Virus record (IMG/VR): IMGVR_UViG_3300024054_000001
Coordinates: 1 to 51,543 of that record
Source: a virus
Taxonomy: Duplodnaviria > Caudoviricetes
Length of the DNA: 51,543 nucleotides
Reading direction: 5' to 3' (one strand)
This document shows positions 26,493 to 34,793 of this stretch, in pieces. Position 1 is the first letter of the stretch, and each line of letters opens with the position of its first letter. The position numbers and the translations under genes were made by a program. The notes under the pieces were generated by a model. That model made no database searches, was not told where the DNA came from, and saw nothing but the letters and a program-made list of their open reading frames with translations.

Positions 26493-28219
26493 CACTCCGC
26501 CTCGCCCTCGCACGCCGAGCACACATCGGCTGCGATCCACGAACACGCTTCCCCCTGCTTGGACACGCACGGCGTCGTGTCGGTGCACCCGCAATAGCCG
26601 CACGTGCGGACTTTCGCCGTCTTCGCCGCAGTCGGCTTCTTCGTGGTCTTGTTCGCCGGCGGCTTCGGCTTCTTCTTCGCGGCCGCCTTGGACTTCGCCT
26701 CGTCGGCGACCTGCTTGCGCGCCTCATCGAGCTTCACGCCGAACAGCGCGCACGCCGCGCCGAACGCGCTCCCGTTGTTGGCCTTCGCGGAATTCCACGG
26801 GCCTGCCTTGCGCGAGATCGCCAGCTCGAGCACGAGTGCCCGCAGCTCGCCGCCCTTGAGCCGCTGCAACTCGGCGTTGAGCGCCTTCTCCGCCGGGTCG
26901 CGCTGGTAGCCCTTCGCCTTCGGGATCTCGATCGCACGCCGCCGGCAGACTTCCTTGTGCGTGTCGTTCCAGCTCGTCTCGAGGATCCCCTGGCCGAGCA
27001 CTCGCCAGAACGCGTCGGAGGGCTCGCGCTTCTCGCACGCGCGGACGATGCCGGCGAGCGCGATCGAGAGTGCCAGGTTCTCCGCCCGAGCCTTCTGCTG
27101 CCGGCGCTTCTGGTCGTCGGCGAAGGTGTTGGCCTTGTTCTTCGGCAGCAGCTTGTTCGCGTCGGTCTGCCTGACCAACTCGTGCACGCGGCCGCTCGAG
27201 TCGCGCGCGATCGTCACGGGCGGCAGCTGCCCCTTGAGGATCTGCCGGTACGTGCGCCGCTTGTTGTCGGCGTAGTCGGTCTGGTCCAGGTCGAGGAACC
27301 CGGACCTGCTCTCGAGTGACGAACTGTACGGGAAAGCCTTCTTCGCCTCCGCGTCGGAGAGTACCTTGAGACCCTTCGCGCGCGCCGCGTCCGCCTTCTT
27401 CGCCCACGCCGCGTCGCGCTTCGCGCCGAAGCACGCCGGATCGGTGCACGTGTCGGGGCTCTTCACGTCAGCGAACAGCTCGGCCTGGTTGCCCGTGCGC
27501 TTCGGGCACGTGGTGCACGCCCCAGCCTTCGGCACGAGCGTCCCGTCACCGCGGTCGAACGGAGCGTCTTTCAACCCGAGCAGGAAGCCCCTGTCGAGCA
27601 TCCGCCGCACCAGCCAGGTCGCTGGCGGGGTGACCGTGTCCCCGTCGACGTCGGTTTCCTCCTCGATCGCATCGAGCAGCCGCTGCTGCAGCTCGGGCGT
27701 CGGTAGGCGCGCGACCATCAACGCCGTCGCCGGCGTCAGCCACCCCTCGTAGAACGCCTTGCGCGCGGGCTTGGACAGCGCGCAGAGCTTCATCCGCGCG
27801 TAGACCGTCGACGGCGCCTTGCCGACCTTCGCCGCGATCTCCTCGACCGACAGGCGGTGCTTCGTGTGCAGGACCTCGTAGCCTTCGGCCTCCTCGAGCG
27901 GGTGGATCTCGATGCGCTTCGAGTTCTCCACGAGTTGCATCTCGAGAGCTTCCTGATCGGAGAGCTTCCGGACGGTCGCGAGCAGCGACTTCAGTCCTGC
28001 CACCTGCGCCGCCCGAAACCGGCAATGGCCGAACACGATCTCGTAGCCCTCGCCCGACACGGGCTCGAGACGCACGAGGATTGGCTGCAACTGCCCGTGC
28101 TGTTTCAGGTCGGCCGCAAGCTCGGCGATCGCGGCCGCGGGGAACGTCTTGCGTGGATTGAAGGGCGACTCGACCAGCGCGGTGAGCGGGATCTCTTGGT
28201 ACGGCGACGGTGCAGTCAT
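26492..28219 (-). CDS. ParB/Spo0J-family protein with Cys-rich inserts (575 aa)
   Basis: SPFNPRKTF...GQLQPILVR...YEIVFGHCRFRAA...EN..R..IHPLEEA, an HTH, CxxC...C...C, and a C-terminal CGYCGCT...CSAC. Confidence 0.85.
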   Translation of the reverse strand: MTAPSPYQEIPLTALVESPFNPRKTFPAAAIAELAADLKQHGQLQPILVRLEPVSGEGYEIVFGHCRFRAAQVAGLKSLLATVRKLSDQEALEMQLVENSKRIEIHPLEEAEGYEVLHTKHRLSVEEIAAKVGKAPSTVYARMKLCALSKPARKAFYEGWLTPATALMVARLPTPELQQRLLDAIEEETDVDGDTVTPPATWLVRRMLDRGFLLGLKDAPFDRGDGTLVPKAGACTTCPKRTGNQAELFADVKSPDTCTDPACFGAKRDAAWAKKADAARAKGLKVLSDAEAKKAFPYSSSLESRSGFLDLDQTDYADNKRRTYRQILKGQLPPVTIARDSSGRVHELVRQTDANKLLPKNKANTFADDQKRRQQKARAENLALSIALAGIVRACEKREPSDAFWRVLGQGILETSWNDTHKEVCRRRAIEIPKAKGYQRDPAEKALNAELQRLKGGELRALVLELAISRKAGPWNSAKANNGSAFGAACALFGVKLDEARKQVADEAKSKAAAKKKPKPPANKTTKKPTAAKTAKVRTCGYCGCTDTTPCVSKQGEACSWIAADVCSACEGEAE

Positions 28220-28563
28220 GGTGTCCTCGTTGCCGGCGGCGCCGGCGGCTGAATGGAGTGGGCTCGCAGTTCGCGCCGCATCGCGATCTGCATCGCGCGC
28301 TCGAGCACTGGGCCGGCGTCGAGGCCGAAGAAGTCGAGCACGTCGACCAGCTGCAGCACCGCCAGGCCGGCGATCTGCGTGCGCTGCTCGACGGTGGCGT
28401 TCGGCCCCTGGAAGATCGTCGTGGCGATGAGCTGCCCGACCTCGACGGACTTGATCGCGGCGCAGGCGGCATGCGTGCATGCCTGGCCGGTCGACCGATG
28501 CTGCCGAAGCAGTTCGGCGAGCGTGATCTCGACAGGGACGGCAACGAGGGCGTCGACGCTCAT
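28216..28563 (-). CDS. hypothetical protein
   Basis: MSVDALVAVPVE...; ATGA overlaps. Confidence 0.5.
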   Translation of the reverse strand: MSVDALVAVPVEITLAELLRQHRSTGQACTHAACAAIKSVEVGQLIATTIFQGPNATVEQRTQIAGLAVLQLVDVLDFFGLDAGPVLERAMQIAMRRELRAHSIQPPAPPATRTP

Positions 28564-29309
28564 GTCGCGGCCCCGCTGGCGACGTCGCCCTTCGGCGCCA
28601 CGGCGTGCACGGTGCACTCGAGCCCGAAGCGCTTCGCCATGTTCATGAGCGACTTGGCGTTCAGCCAGGCCATCGGGTTGCTCTCGATGTACGCCTCGCC
28701 GCCGCCGGCGGCCCAGTAGAACGGGTACTGCGTGAGCTTCGAGCGCTTCGCCTGCGGCAGCGCTTCCCACTGCTCGCGCGGCACGTGCAGCACCACCGTC
28801 GTGCTGTTCGGGAGCTTCGCACCTCGCTTCTTTTTCTCCGCCGGCGCCGGGTCTCCGGCCGCGCCTTCCTGTTCGACGACGTCGTCGTCGGCATCCTCGT
28901 CCTCGGTCTCTTCTCCCGCCGTCACGGCCATGTCGGCGACGACGGGCTGCCCGGCGAGGTCGAGTTCGCCTTGGCGCTCCTCGATCGTCATCGCGCGTTC
29001 GCTCACCACCTCGCCCGTGTCGAGCCGGACCATCTCGATCCGGTTGCCCGTGTCGATGCGCCGTTCGACGACTGGCACTTCGCGCTCCTCGGTGCCCGAG
29101 GCGATCGCGCGCCGCAGCTGCGCGATCTCGGCATCGATCTGCTCGAGCTGCTCCTTGTACTCGGAGGCCTTCTCCTTGCGCTCGTCGTCGACCCGCTCTC
29201 GCTTGTCCATCTTGCCGGCGAGTCGGCCGCCGCGCTCGAGCAGTTCGTCCGTCGTCAGCCTGCACGCGAGCAAGCGTTTCTTGTGTCCCTCGTCCATCAC
29301 AGTCATCAC
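28560..29309 (-). CDS. hypothetical coiled-coil phage protein
   Basis: GGGAGG RBS; coiled coil followed by RLDTGEVVSERAMT..ERQ and an acidic linker. Confidence 0.65.
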   Translation of the reverse strand: MMTVMDEGHKKRLLACRLTTDELLERGGRLAGKMDKRERVDDERKEKASEYKEQLEQIDAEIAQLRRAIASGTEEREVPVVERRIDTGNRIEMVRLDTGEVVSERAMTIEERQGELDLAGQPVVADMAVTAGEETEDEDADDDVVEQEGAAGDPAPAEKKKRGAKLPNSTTVVLHVPREQWEALPQAKRSKLTQYPFYWAAGGGEAYIESNPMAWLNAKSLMNMAKRFGLECTVHAVAPKGDVASGAAT

Positions 29310-29977
29310 AGTCCTCCCTTCGGATCCATCAACCGGGCTTCAGGCCGGAGGCGTTCGAACAGCGGCCGCAGCACGGCGACATCGCGCGCGCAGTACTCCG
29401 CGATCTCGACGAGGCGCTCCTCGCGCCAGAGCTGCTCGACCTGGTTGCCGGCGACGCCGGCGGCCTTCGGCGACTCGATCCCGACCGACCGGCACATGCA
29501 GTCGAGCGACACGCGCCGCGTGTTCCCGAACGCCGTGACCACTTCGAGCAGATCGCAGTGCTCCGCGAAGCTGTACCGGTAGGGCAGCAGGTTCCGGGTC
29601 GGCGGAACGTTCGCGATGATCGATCGCGTTCGCAGGAACGGCGCGTCGAAGCCCCGGCTGTTCCACCCGATGATCCGGCGGTAGCGAGCAGCGATCGACC
29701 ACCAGCGCTCGAGCAGCGCCCTCTCGTCGCCCACCCACTCGATGAGGCTGTTCGTCGCCTCCACCGGCTGCCGCGCTGCCACGATCACGCGCACGAAGCC
29801 CTGCTCTTCCGCCCAGCCGATGCAGGCGACGCGGCCGGCGAACGGTGAGAGGGCCGCAGTGTCGGCCGTCGCGATCGCGGGGCTCCCGTTGCTGAGGTAT
29901 GCCCGACGCTCGTCGTCGAGCGCGTCCCAGACCGACACGGTCTCGACGTCGAAGAACAGGTTCTCCGGGCGGATCAC
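29306..29977 (-). CDS. DEDDy 3'-5' exonuclease (PolB-like/RNase H fold)
   Basis: ExoI FDVET, ExoII WNSRGFDAPFL and ExoIII YCARDV. Confidence 0.85.
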   Translation of the reverse strand: MIRPENLFFDVETVSVWDALDDERRAYLSNGSPAIATADTAALSPFAGRVACIGWAEEQGFVRVIVAARQPVEATNSLIEWVGDERALLERWWSIAARYRRIIGWNSRGFDAPFLRTRSIIANVPPTRNLLPYRYSFAEHCDLLEVVTAFGNTRRVSLDCMCRSVGIESPKAAGVAGNQVEQLWREERLVEIAEYCARDVAVLRPLFERLRPEARLMDPKGGL

Positions 29978-31110
29978 TGCGCACCGCCCTTCGTCGCGCG
30001 CTCGCCCTTGCGCGAGGCCCGTTGCTCGGCGTGCTTCGCGATGTCTCGGTCGATCGCGTCCTGCAACTCGTTGTGCTGCACCTCGTCGACCAGCCCGCGC
30101 TCGAGGGCGTCGGCGACGGCGCCGCGCAGTTCCTCGAGGTCCACGGGCTTGGTCGCCTTCACGAGCCCATCGCGCAACGCCTGCAGCGCGCCCGCCCGGT
30201 CCTCGTCTGTGATCGGCTTCGGCTCGGCCGGCGCCGGCGGATCGCTGTCGGTCGCGCCGGGCCCAGCCTCCTGCTCGGTCGGCGGATCGCCAGGGCGATC
30301 GCTCAATCCCCATGCAGCGTTCTCGCCCGCGGCTTCAGTCGCCGGCTCTGCCTTCGCGCGCAGCGCGTCGTATCGCGCCTTGATCGCGCGCCGGGCGGCC
30401 GCCTTCTCGGGCTGCGACAGGTCGGCCTCCTCGAGGTCACGCCGGAGGGCCTGCAGCAGGTCGAGGGAGTTCGCGCTCGATGCCGCTTCGAGCATGTGCA
30501 CGAGTGCCGGGCTCTGGGCGTTCGACGGCTTCGCCTTCGTCGCCGGCGCCGGCGTGGGCTTTGCCTCGAGGACCTCCGCGACGGGAAGCTCGTCCGTCGT
30601 GTAGAGGTCGCCGCAGTCTTGCGGGAACGCCTTCCGGATGCCGAGGGCCTCGGCACACTTCGCCAGCATCAGCAGGGGCTTCTCGGCCCACATGCGCGTC
30701 AGCCGGTCGCCCTTGTACTGGGCGTACTCGTCCCAGTGCGCGATCCCTACGAAGGGCCGGGAGATGTCGCGGCGGTAGACGCGGACCTTGCAGCAGATCA
30801 CCTGCTGTCGACGGTCGTACTCGTACTCGGGCTCGTCCTGGCCGGCGTACAGGCCCGTCCGTTCGGCGATCGCCCGCAAGCCATCGATACCGACTTGGAC
30901 CGTCCAGCGCACGCCGCCGTCTTGGTCGCGTCGCGAGACGAAGTGGCACTGCCCGAGGAACGGGTCGAGCTGCCGCCGCTCGGCGACCGAGATCAACGCG
31001 AGGAACTCTTCCTCGGATGCCCGCGGCGCGTAGATGCGCCGAATCAGAGTCTTCTGGTCCTGCGTGAACACGGGCACGGTCGTCGACCGTGCGATCTGCT
31101 GCTGCTCCAT
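29974..31110 (-). CDS. bet: single-strand annealing recombinase (Bet/RecT family)
   Basis: LDPF..Q, QVGIDGLRAIAERTG.YAG and MW..KP..ML.KCAEA...RKAFP....LYT.DE; GGAGG RBS. Confidence 0.9.
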   Translation of the reverse strand: MEQQQIARSTTVPVFTQDQKTLIRRIYAPRASEEEFLALISVAERRQLDPFLGQCHFVSRRDQDGGVRWTVQVGIDGLRAIAERTGLYAGQDEPEYEYDRRQQVICCKVRVYRRDISRPFVGIAHWDEYAQYKGDRLTRMWAEKPLLMLAKCAEALGIRKAFPQDCGDLYTTDELPVAEVLEAKPTPAPATKAKPSNAQSPALVHMLEAASSANSLDLLQALRRDLEEADLSQPEKAAARRAIKARYDALRAKAEPATEAAGENAAWGLSDRPGDPPTEQEAGPGATDSDPPAPAEPKPITDEDRAGALQALRDGLVKATKPVDLEELRGAVADALERGLVDEVQHNELQDAIDRDIAKHAEQRASRKGERATKGGAQ

Positions 31111-31131
31111 CGTTGTCCCTCCGTCGTTGAT

Positions 31132-31350
31132 TCAGTTCGGTGCCCAGACCCACCGTTCGCGCCCGTCGTCGGCGCGCTCGAGCCGAAAACCCGCGGCGCG
31201 CAGCGCGTGCCTGCAGATCGCGCTCAGCCGGGGCGAGACGACGACCAGCCACGCCGGCCGTCGGCCGATCACGCACCCGCGCACGCCCGCGCGCTCGACG
31301 TCGAATGCCACCGCGGCCGCGGCCCACACGTGCGGCGGGAACGTGCTCAT
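31132..31350 (-). CDS. hypothetical protein
   Basis: MSTFPPHVW...; ATGA overlap. Confidence 0.45.
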   Translation of the reverse strand: MSTFPPHVWAAAAVAFDVERAGVRGCVIGRRPAWLVVVSPRLSAICRHALRAAGFRLERADDGRERWVWAPN

Positions 31351-31604
31351 CGCACAGCACTCGCCTGCTCGAGGCGCCGAAGTGGTGCCCGGTCGAGATG
31401 CTGCGCCCGGGGGGATGACGCAGGTTCGACCGACCGGGCACCACTTCGAAGCCCGAAGCAACGATTCAATGCATCGCGGACGACGGCGACGCAAACCACG
31501 CGCGCCCGCGTCGTGCCACATCGAGGGCACTCCGCGAACTCCAGCGCCTCGTCGATGAACCACCCGACCCGGGCCAGGTTCGGCAGCGTGGGCCATTCGA
31601 TCAC
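31347..31604 (-). CDS. hypothetical protein with CxxC
   Basis: GTGA overlap start; ECPRCGTT. Confidence 0.4.
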   Translation of the reverse strand: MIEWPTLPNLARVGWFIDEALEFAECPRCGTTRARVVCVAVVRDALNRCFGLRSGARSVEPASSPRAQHLDRAPLRRLEQASAVR

Positions 31605-31909
31605 GTGCCCGCCGGCGGCGAGGCAGGCGTCGACGGCGGTGCCGATCCGGCAAGGCGCATCGCCCGCTTCCGCCCCGCCGGCGTGAGCGCCCAGCGCGCT
31701 CCCTCGCGTTCCAGCAGCAGCTTCGCGAGCAGGCCCCTCGCCCCGAAGCACTTCGAGTCCACCTTGATCGCCGACGGCAGCGCGTAGCCCGTCAACCCGA
31801 ACGCCTCCGGGAACTTTCGCCACGCCGCGACGACCAGGTCCTCGCGCGTGAACGTTGGCGGCAGATCCAGCGCCGCAATCAAGATCAGGTCCCGGTGCGG
31901 CCATGTCAC
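31601..31909 (-). CDS. winged-helix-like protein
   Basis: FTREDLVVAAWRKFPEAFGL...WALTPAG wHTH ending; GAGG RBS. Confidence 0.55.
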   Translation of the reverse strand: MTWPHRDLILIAALDLPPTFTREDLVVAAWRKFPEAFGLTGYALPSAIKVDSKCFGARGLLAKLLLEREGARWALTPAGRKRAMRLAGSAPPSTPASPPAGT

Positions 31910-32253
31910 GCCTCGCTCCGGGTGAAGATCGACCGCACGTGATCCCACCACTCCGGGTGCTGCTCGAGCCAGCTCGCGATGTCCGGGGGAGTTGTGCTCG
32001 CCAGCGCGTACCAGGTGTCCAACTCGATCTGGTCGACGCCCAGCGCAGTCGCGAGGTGCGCCAGCGGAACCCTCGTCGTCGCGTGCCGCCCCGCCTCGAC
32101 GTCCTCGAGGTCGCGCTCCATCCCGCACCACGACCGCCCCTGCTCGCGCAGTCGCGCGGCCAACTGCCGAACGCTCAGGCCCGCCAGCGCCCTGCGCTGC
32201 CCGATCAGCCGCCCGAGTTGGATCATCCGCGCATCGCGCTCCGCCGAACTCAC
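31906..32253 (-). CDS. XRE-family HTH regulator
   Basis: LGRLIGQRRALAGLSVRQLA...VEAG...LATALGV. Confidence 0.75.
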   Translation of the reverse strand: MSSAERDARMIQLGRLIGQRRALAGLSVRQLAARLREQGRSWCGMERDLEDVEAGRHATTRVPLAHLATALGVDQIELDTWYALASTTPPDIASWLEQHPEWWDHVRSIFTRSEA

Positions 32254-32531
32254 GACACGACCTCGGGGTCGACGATCAGCTCGGCCGCGTAGCCTCGCTG
32301 CGCCATCTCGCACTGCAACTCCTGCGCGAAAGCGCCCACGTGCTGGGCAGCGCAACGGAGCGTCAGCGTCAGCGAAGCACCAGCTGCCCGGATCTCGTCC
32401 CGCCCGATCCGGAGCGCCACAGCGCGCAATGACTCGATCAACGCGTCCTCCGCCGCGTCGAAGTTCTCCTCCGCCGAAGCCTCCCACCGCAGCCTGATCA
32501 CCCCCGTGCCCTGCGTCACCGTCACGTCCAT
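32250..32531 (-). CDS. hypothetical protein, first gene of the early-left operon (leaderless start)
   Basis: ATG at 32531 lies 7 nt after the -10 of the PL-like promoter. Confidence 0.55.
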   Translation of the reverse strand: MDVTVTQGTGVIRLRWEASAEENFDAAEDALIESLRAVALRIGRDEIRAAGASLTLTLRCAAQHVGAFAQELQCEMAQRGYAAELIVDPEVVS

Positions 32532-32567
32532 GGCGACACTTGTACTCGTGGGTACAAGCGTCGTCAA
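32532..32567 (-). promoter_or_regulatory. PL-like early promoter with palindromic operator CTTGTAC-N6-GTACAAG
   Basis: Minus strand reads TTGACG-17-TACAAG-TGTCGCC-ATG; the inverted repeat at 32539-32558 covers the spacer and -10. Confidence 0.8.
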
Positions 32568-32692
32568 TAGGAGTCACACGGAATTCGTCGACAGCCCGGT
32601 GAGCTCCTCGGCGGCTCGCCCGGACGGGCGATTCCCTGTCGGGCGCTCTCGGGAGACGATCGAACCGTCGGATCACCGATCGGAGAAGAGGG

Positions 32693-33007
32693 ATGGCGAC
32701 GGAGTTCGAAATCGTTCGGGATCATCTGCACTACATCGAGCGATCGCAGCGGCGCCTGGTCACGCTTGCCCTCGTCGCCATGCTTTTGGCGGTCGGAGCG
32801 ATCGCTTGGCACTTTCTCGCGCCGGCAGAGGCCCAGCGGGTGCGCTGGGAATATCGGATCGAGTTCTTCCTCGAAGGCGCGGTGGCGACGGGACTCAACA
32901 CCGCCGGCGAAAGCGGATGGGAAGTCGTCGACGTGCGTCGCGCGCGAACGGGTTCGGGAGAATCCGGCGAGTGGGGCAGCGAAGTCGTATTCAGGCGGCG
33001 CCGGTGA
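32693..33007 (+). CDS. membrane-anchored DUF4177-like protein (moron)
   Basis: One TM helix followed by RWEYRI...LNTAGESGWEVV...VFRR. Confidence 0.7.
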   Translation: MATEFEIVRDHLHYIERSQRRLVTLALVAMLLAVGAIAWHFLAPAEAQRVRWEYRIEFFLEGAVATGLNTAGESGWEVVDVRRARTGSGESGEWGSEVVFRRRR

Positions 33008-33038
33008 GCGTCAGCCGGCGATGCCGCAGGAGAGACGA

Positions 33039-33260
33039 ATGATTTCAGGACACGTGCGATTCATTCTGGCAACGATCTTCGCGACGCTCCTCGCGGTGCT
33101 GTCGTCCGTCCCGGAAGCATCGGCATCCGAGCGGGATGCGTCCGGCGATGGCGGCAGCGAGTCACGTGTCGAGAAGACACGCCGCGTGCGGGTGCGGGGC
33201 TACACCCGGCGCAACGGGACCTACGTTCGGCCGTACACTCGCCGCGTGCGCCGGCGCTGA
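33039..33260 (+). CDS. small secreted basic protein with VRGYTRxNGTYVxPYxR motif (moron)
   Basis: AGGAG RBS; signal peptide; motif recurrent in prophage accessory genes. Confidence 0.65.
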   Translation: MISGHVRFILATIFATLLAVLSSVPEASASERDASGDGGSESRVEKTRRVRVRGYTRRNGTYVRPYTRRVRRR

Positions 33261-33265
33261 CTTGC

Positions 33266-33838
33266 CTACAGCGCGTCCCTCGGCGCCACGACGAACCTGC
33301 GCGCGTCCGTCAGCGGCACGACGCGGGCGACGTCCTCGCCGCCGTGGCGCGCCCATCGACGTAGCGTGCCGTCGTCGACACCGATCTCACCGCGACGAAC
33401 GACGCGCCCGGACCACACGACGGCGAGTTGCAGATCGAACACCTCGCCGGCGCGCAACGCGACGATGGTCTCAGTCGTGCGGAACACTCGAGCGAGAGCC
33501 GGCAGCCTGAACGGGTGCTCGTAGAACGCACGACGGAACTCGCGCCGCGGGCAGATGATCGCGGCCGCGACCGCGTTGACGAGCTGCTCATCGTGCGGCC
33601 TTGCGACGCCGGCGACGTCGAGCGCCAAGTGCCCCAGTTCATGCGCGCAGCGCCACGAGACGGCCTCGGGTGCGCCGCGCATCGACACGCGCAGGACGTC
33701 GTCGAGCTGCCCCTGGCAGCCGGCGCCGACGCGTCGCGAGAGTCTCAGGCCGAGGCCGGCGGCCAGTTCTGCAGGGTCGTGCGTGTCGAGCCTGGCGATC
33801 GCGCGCAGCTCATCGGCGAGGGAATCGGCGGTGTCCAT
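33266..33838 (-). CDS. ImmA/IrrE-family metallopeptidase (anti-repressor protease)
   Basis: CAHELGH...E...NAVAAAIICP...LARVF. Confidence 0.85.
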   Translation of the reverse strand: MDTADSLADELRAIARLDTHDPAELAAGLGLRLSRRVGAGCQGQLDDVLRVSMRGAPEAVSWRCAHELGHLALDVAGVARPHDEQLVNAVAAAIICPRREFRRAFYEHPFRLPALARVFRTTETIVALRAGEVFDLQLAVVWSGRVVRRGEIGVDDGTLRRWARHGGEDVARVVPLTDARRFVVAPRDAL

Positions 33839-33873
33839 CGCCCGAGAGTACGGACGGACGTGGTCGGTGTGGA
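33839..33873 (-). promoter_or_regulatory. putative leaderless promoter of the ImmA-like gene
   Basis: Minus strand reads TCCACA-17-TACTCT-6 nt-ATG. Confidence 0.5.
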
Positions 33874-33921
33874 GCGCGGGTCGCGGTCCCGGGGTGCGCG
33901 AAAACACCGGGCGGCGAGGGG

Positions 33922-33939
33922 TGTGGATACGTATCCACA
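33922..33939. promoter_or_regulatory. perfect 18-bp palindrome TGTGGATACGTATCCACA
   Basis: Intergenic; each half is GTATCCACA, an 8/9 match to the DnaA box TTATCCACA. Confidence 0.6.
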
Positions 33940-33984
33940 GGCAGAGCGTAGCGCGGGCGAGGGGTTGGGCGGGGACAGGGAATG

Positions 33985-34194
33985 TCAGGGCAATTCGCGA
34001 TGCTTCCGGCGCTGCCTAAGATCGTCAACATCGTGCAGGAAATCCCAACCGATGATCGCCGTTACGAGCAGCGCTCCGACGGCGAGGGTCGAGCCGAACC
34101 ACACAGGCCGAATCCAATGCCGTCCGATGACCATCGCCGAGCTCAGAAGCATGCCGTAGACGAGCACCCACGCTGGCGTTCGAAGGTTCTTCAT
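33985..34194 (-). CDS. small 2-TM membrane protein (69 aa)
   Basis: MKNLRTPAWVLVYGMLL...LAVGALLVTAIIGW; ATGA overlap with the upstream gene. Confidence 0.6.
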   Translation of the reverse strand: MKNLRTPAWVLVYGMLLSSAMVIGRHWIRPVWFGSTLAVGALLVTAIIGWDFLHDVDDLRQRRKHRELP

Positions 34195-34793
34195 GGCTTG
34201 ACTTTCCTGGACTCGATCGTATGCACGTCGGCTTCGTCGCGCAACTCGGCCACTGTTGCAGGGACCGATACCGCCGCTACTCGGACCGCTGCGGGTGAGT
34301 CGCGACGATCCAAGAGCACGCGGACGCGTCGCAGCAAGTCGTCGAGTGAATCGGCCATCACGCGAACGTCTCCGCTCCGGACCAGCGTGCGTAGCGCCGC
34401 CCAAACGAAGGGCAGCGCAGGCCACCAGCCGATCAGCGCGGCGTCGATTCCATGCGCTTTCACCGCCGACGCAAAGAGCCCGAGCAGCGTCGTGAGCGTC
34501 GCTCCTGCGATCGTCACCGATCGTGCCGCGCGCCGTCGGAGGCTGTCTCGGGTCATGGTCATGTCACCGAGCGACGCCGGTAGGAGCGCGCGATCGAGGC
34601 CCTGGAGTCCGTGCGCGTCGAGTTCTTGATGTGCGACGTGGATCGCTGACAGGAAATCCGCGGTCGTGAGCTGATCGCTCCTGGTTGCGAGCGCGTCGAA
34701 AGACTCGGCCGCCGTTCGATATGGGTGTTTGATGCGAGATGCCTCGGAAAGCGCGTCGCGGACAATCTTCGCGGCCTCTTTCTCTGCGCTCAT
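34191..34793 (-). CDS. 2-TM membrane protein co-transcribed with the repressor (200 aa)
   Basis: ATGA overlap with the repressor stop; two central hydrophobic helices. Confidence 0.65.
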   Translation of the reverse strand: MSAEKEAAKIVRDALSEASRIKHPYRTAAESFDALATRSDQLTTADFLSAIHVAHQELDAHGLQGLDRALLPASLGDMTMTRDSLRRRAARSVTIAGATLTTLLGLFASAVKAHGIDAALIGWWPALPFVWAALRTLVRSGDVRVMADSLDDLLRRVRVLLDRRDSPAAVRVAAVSVPATVAELRDEADVHTIESRKVKP

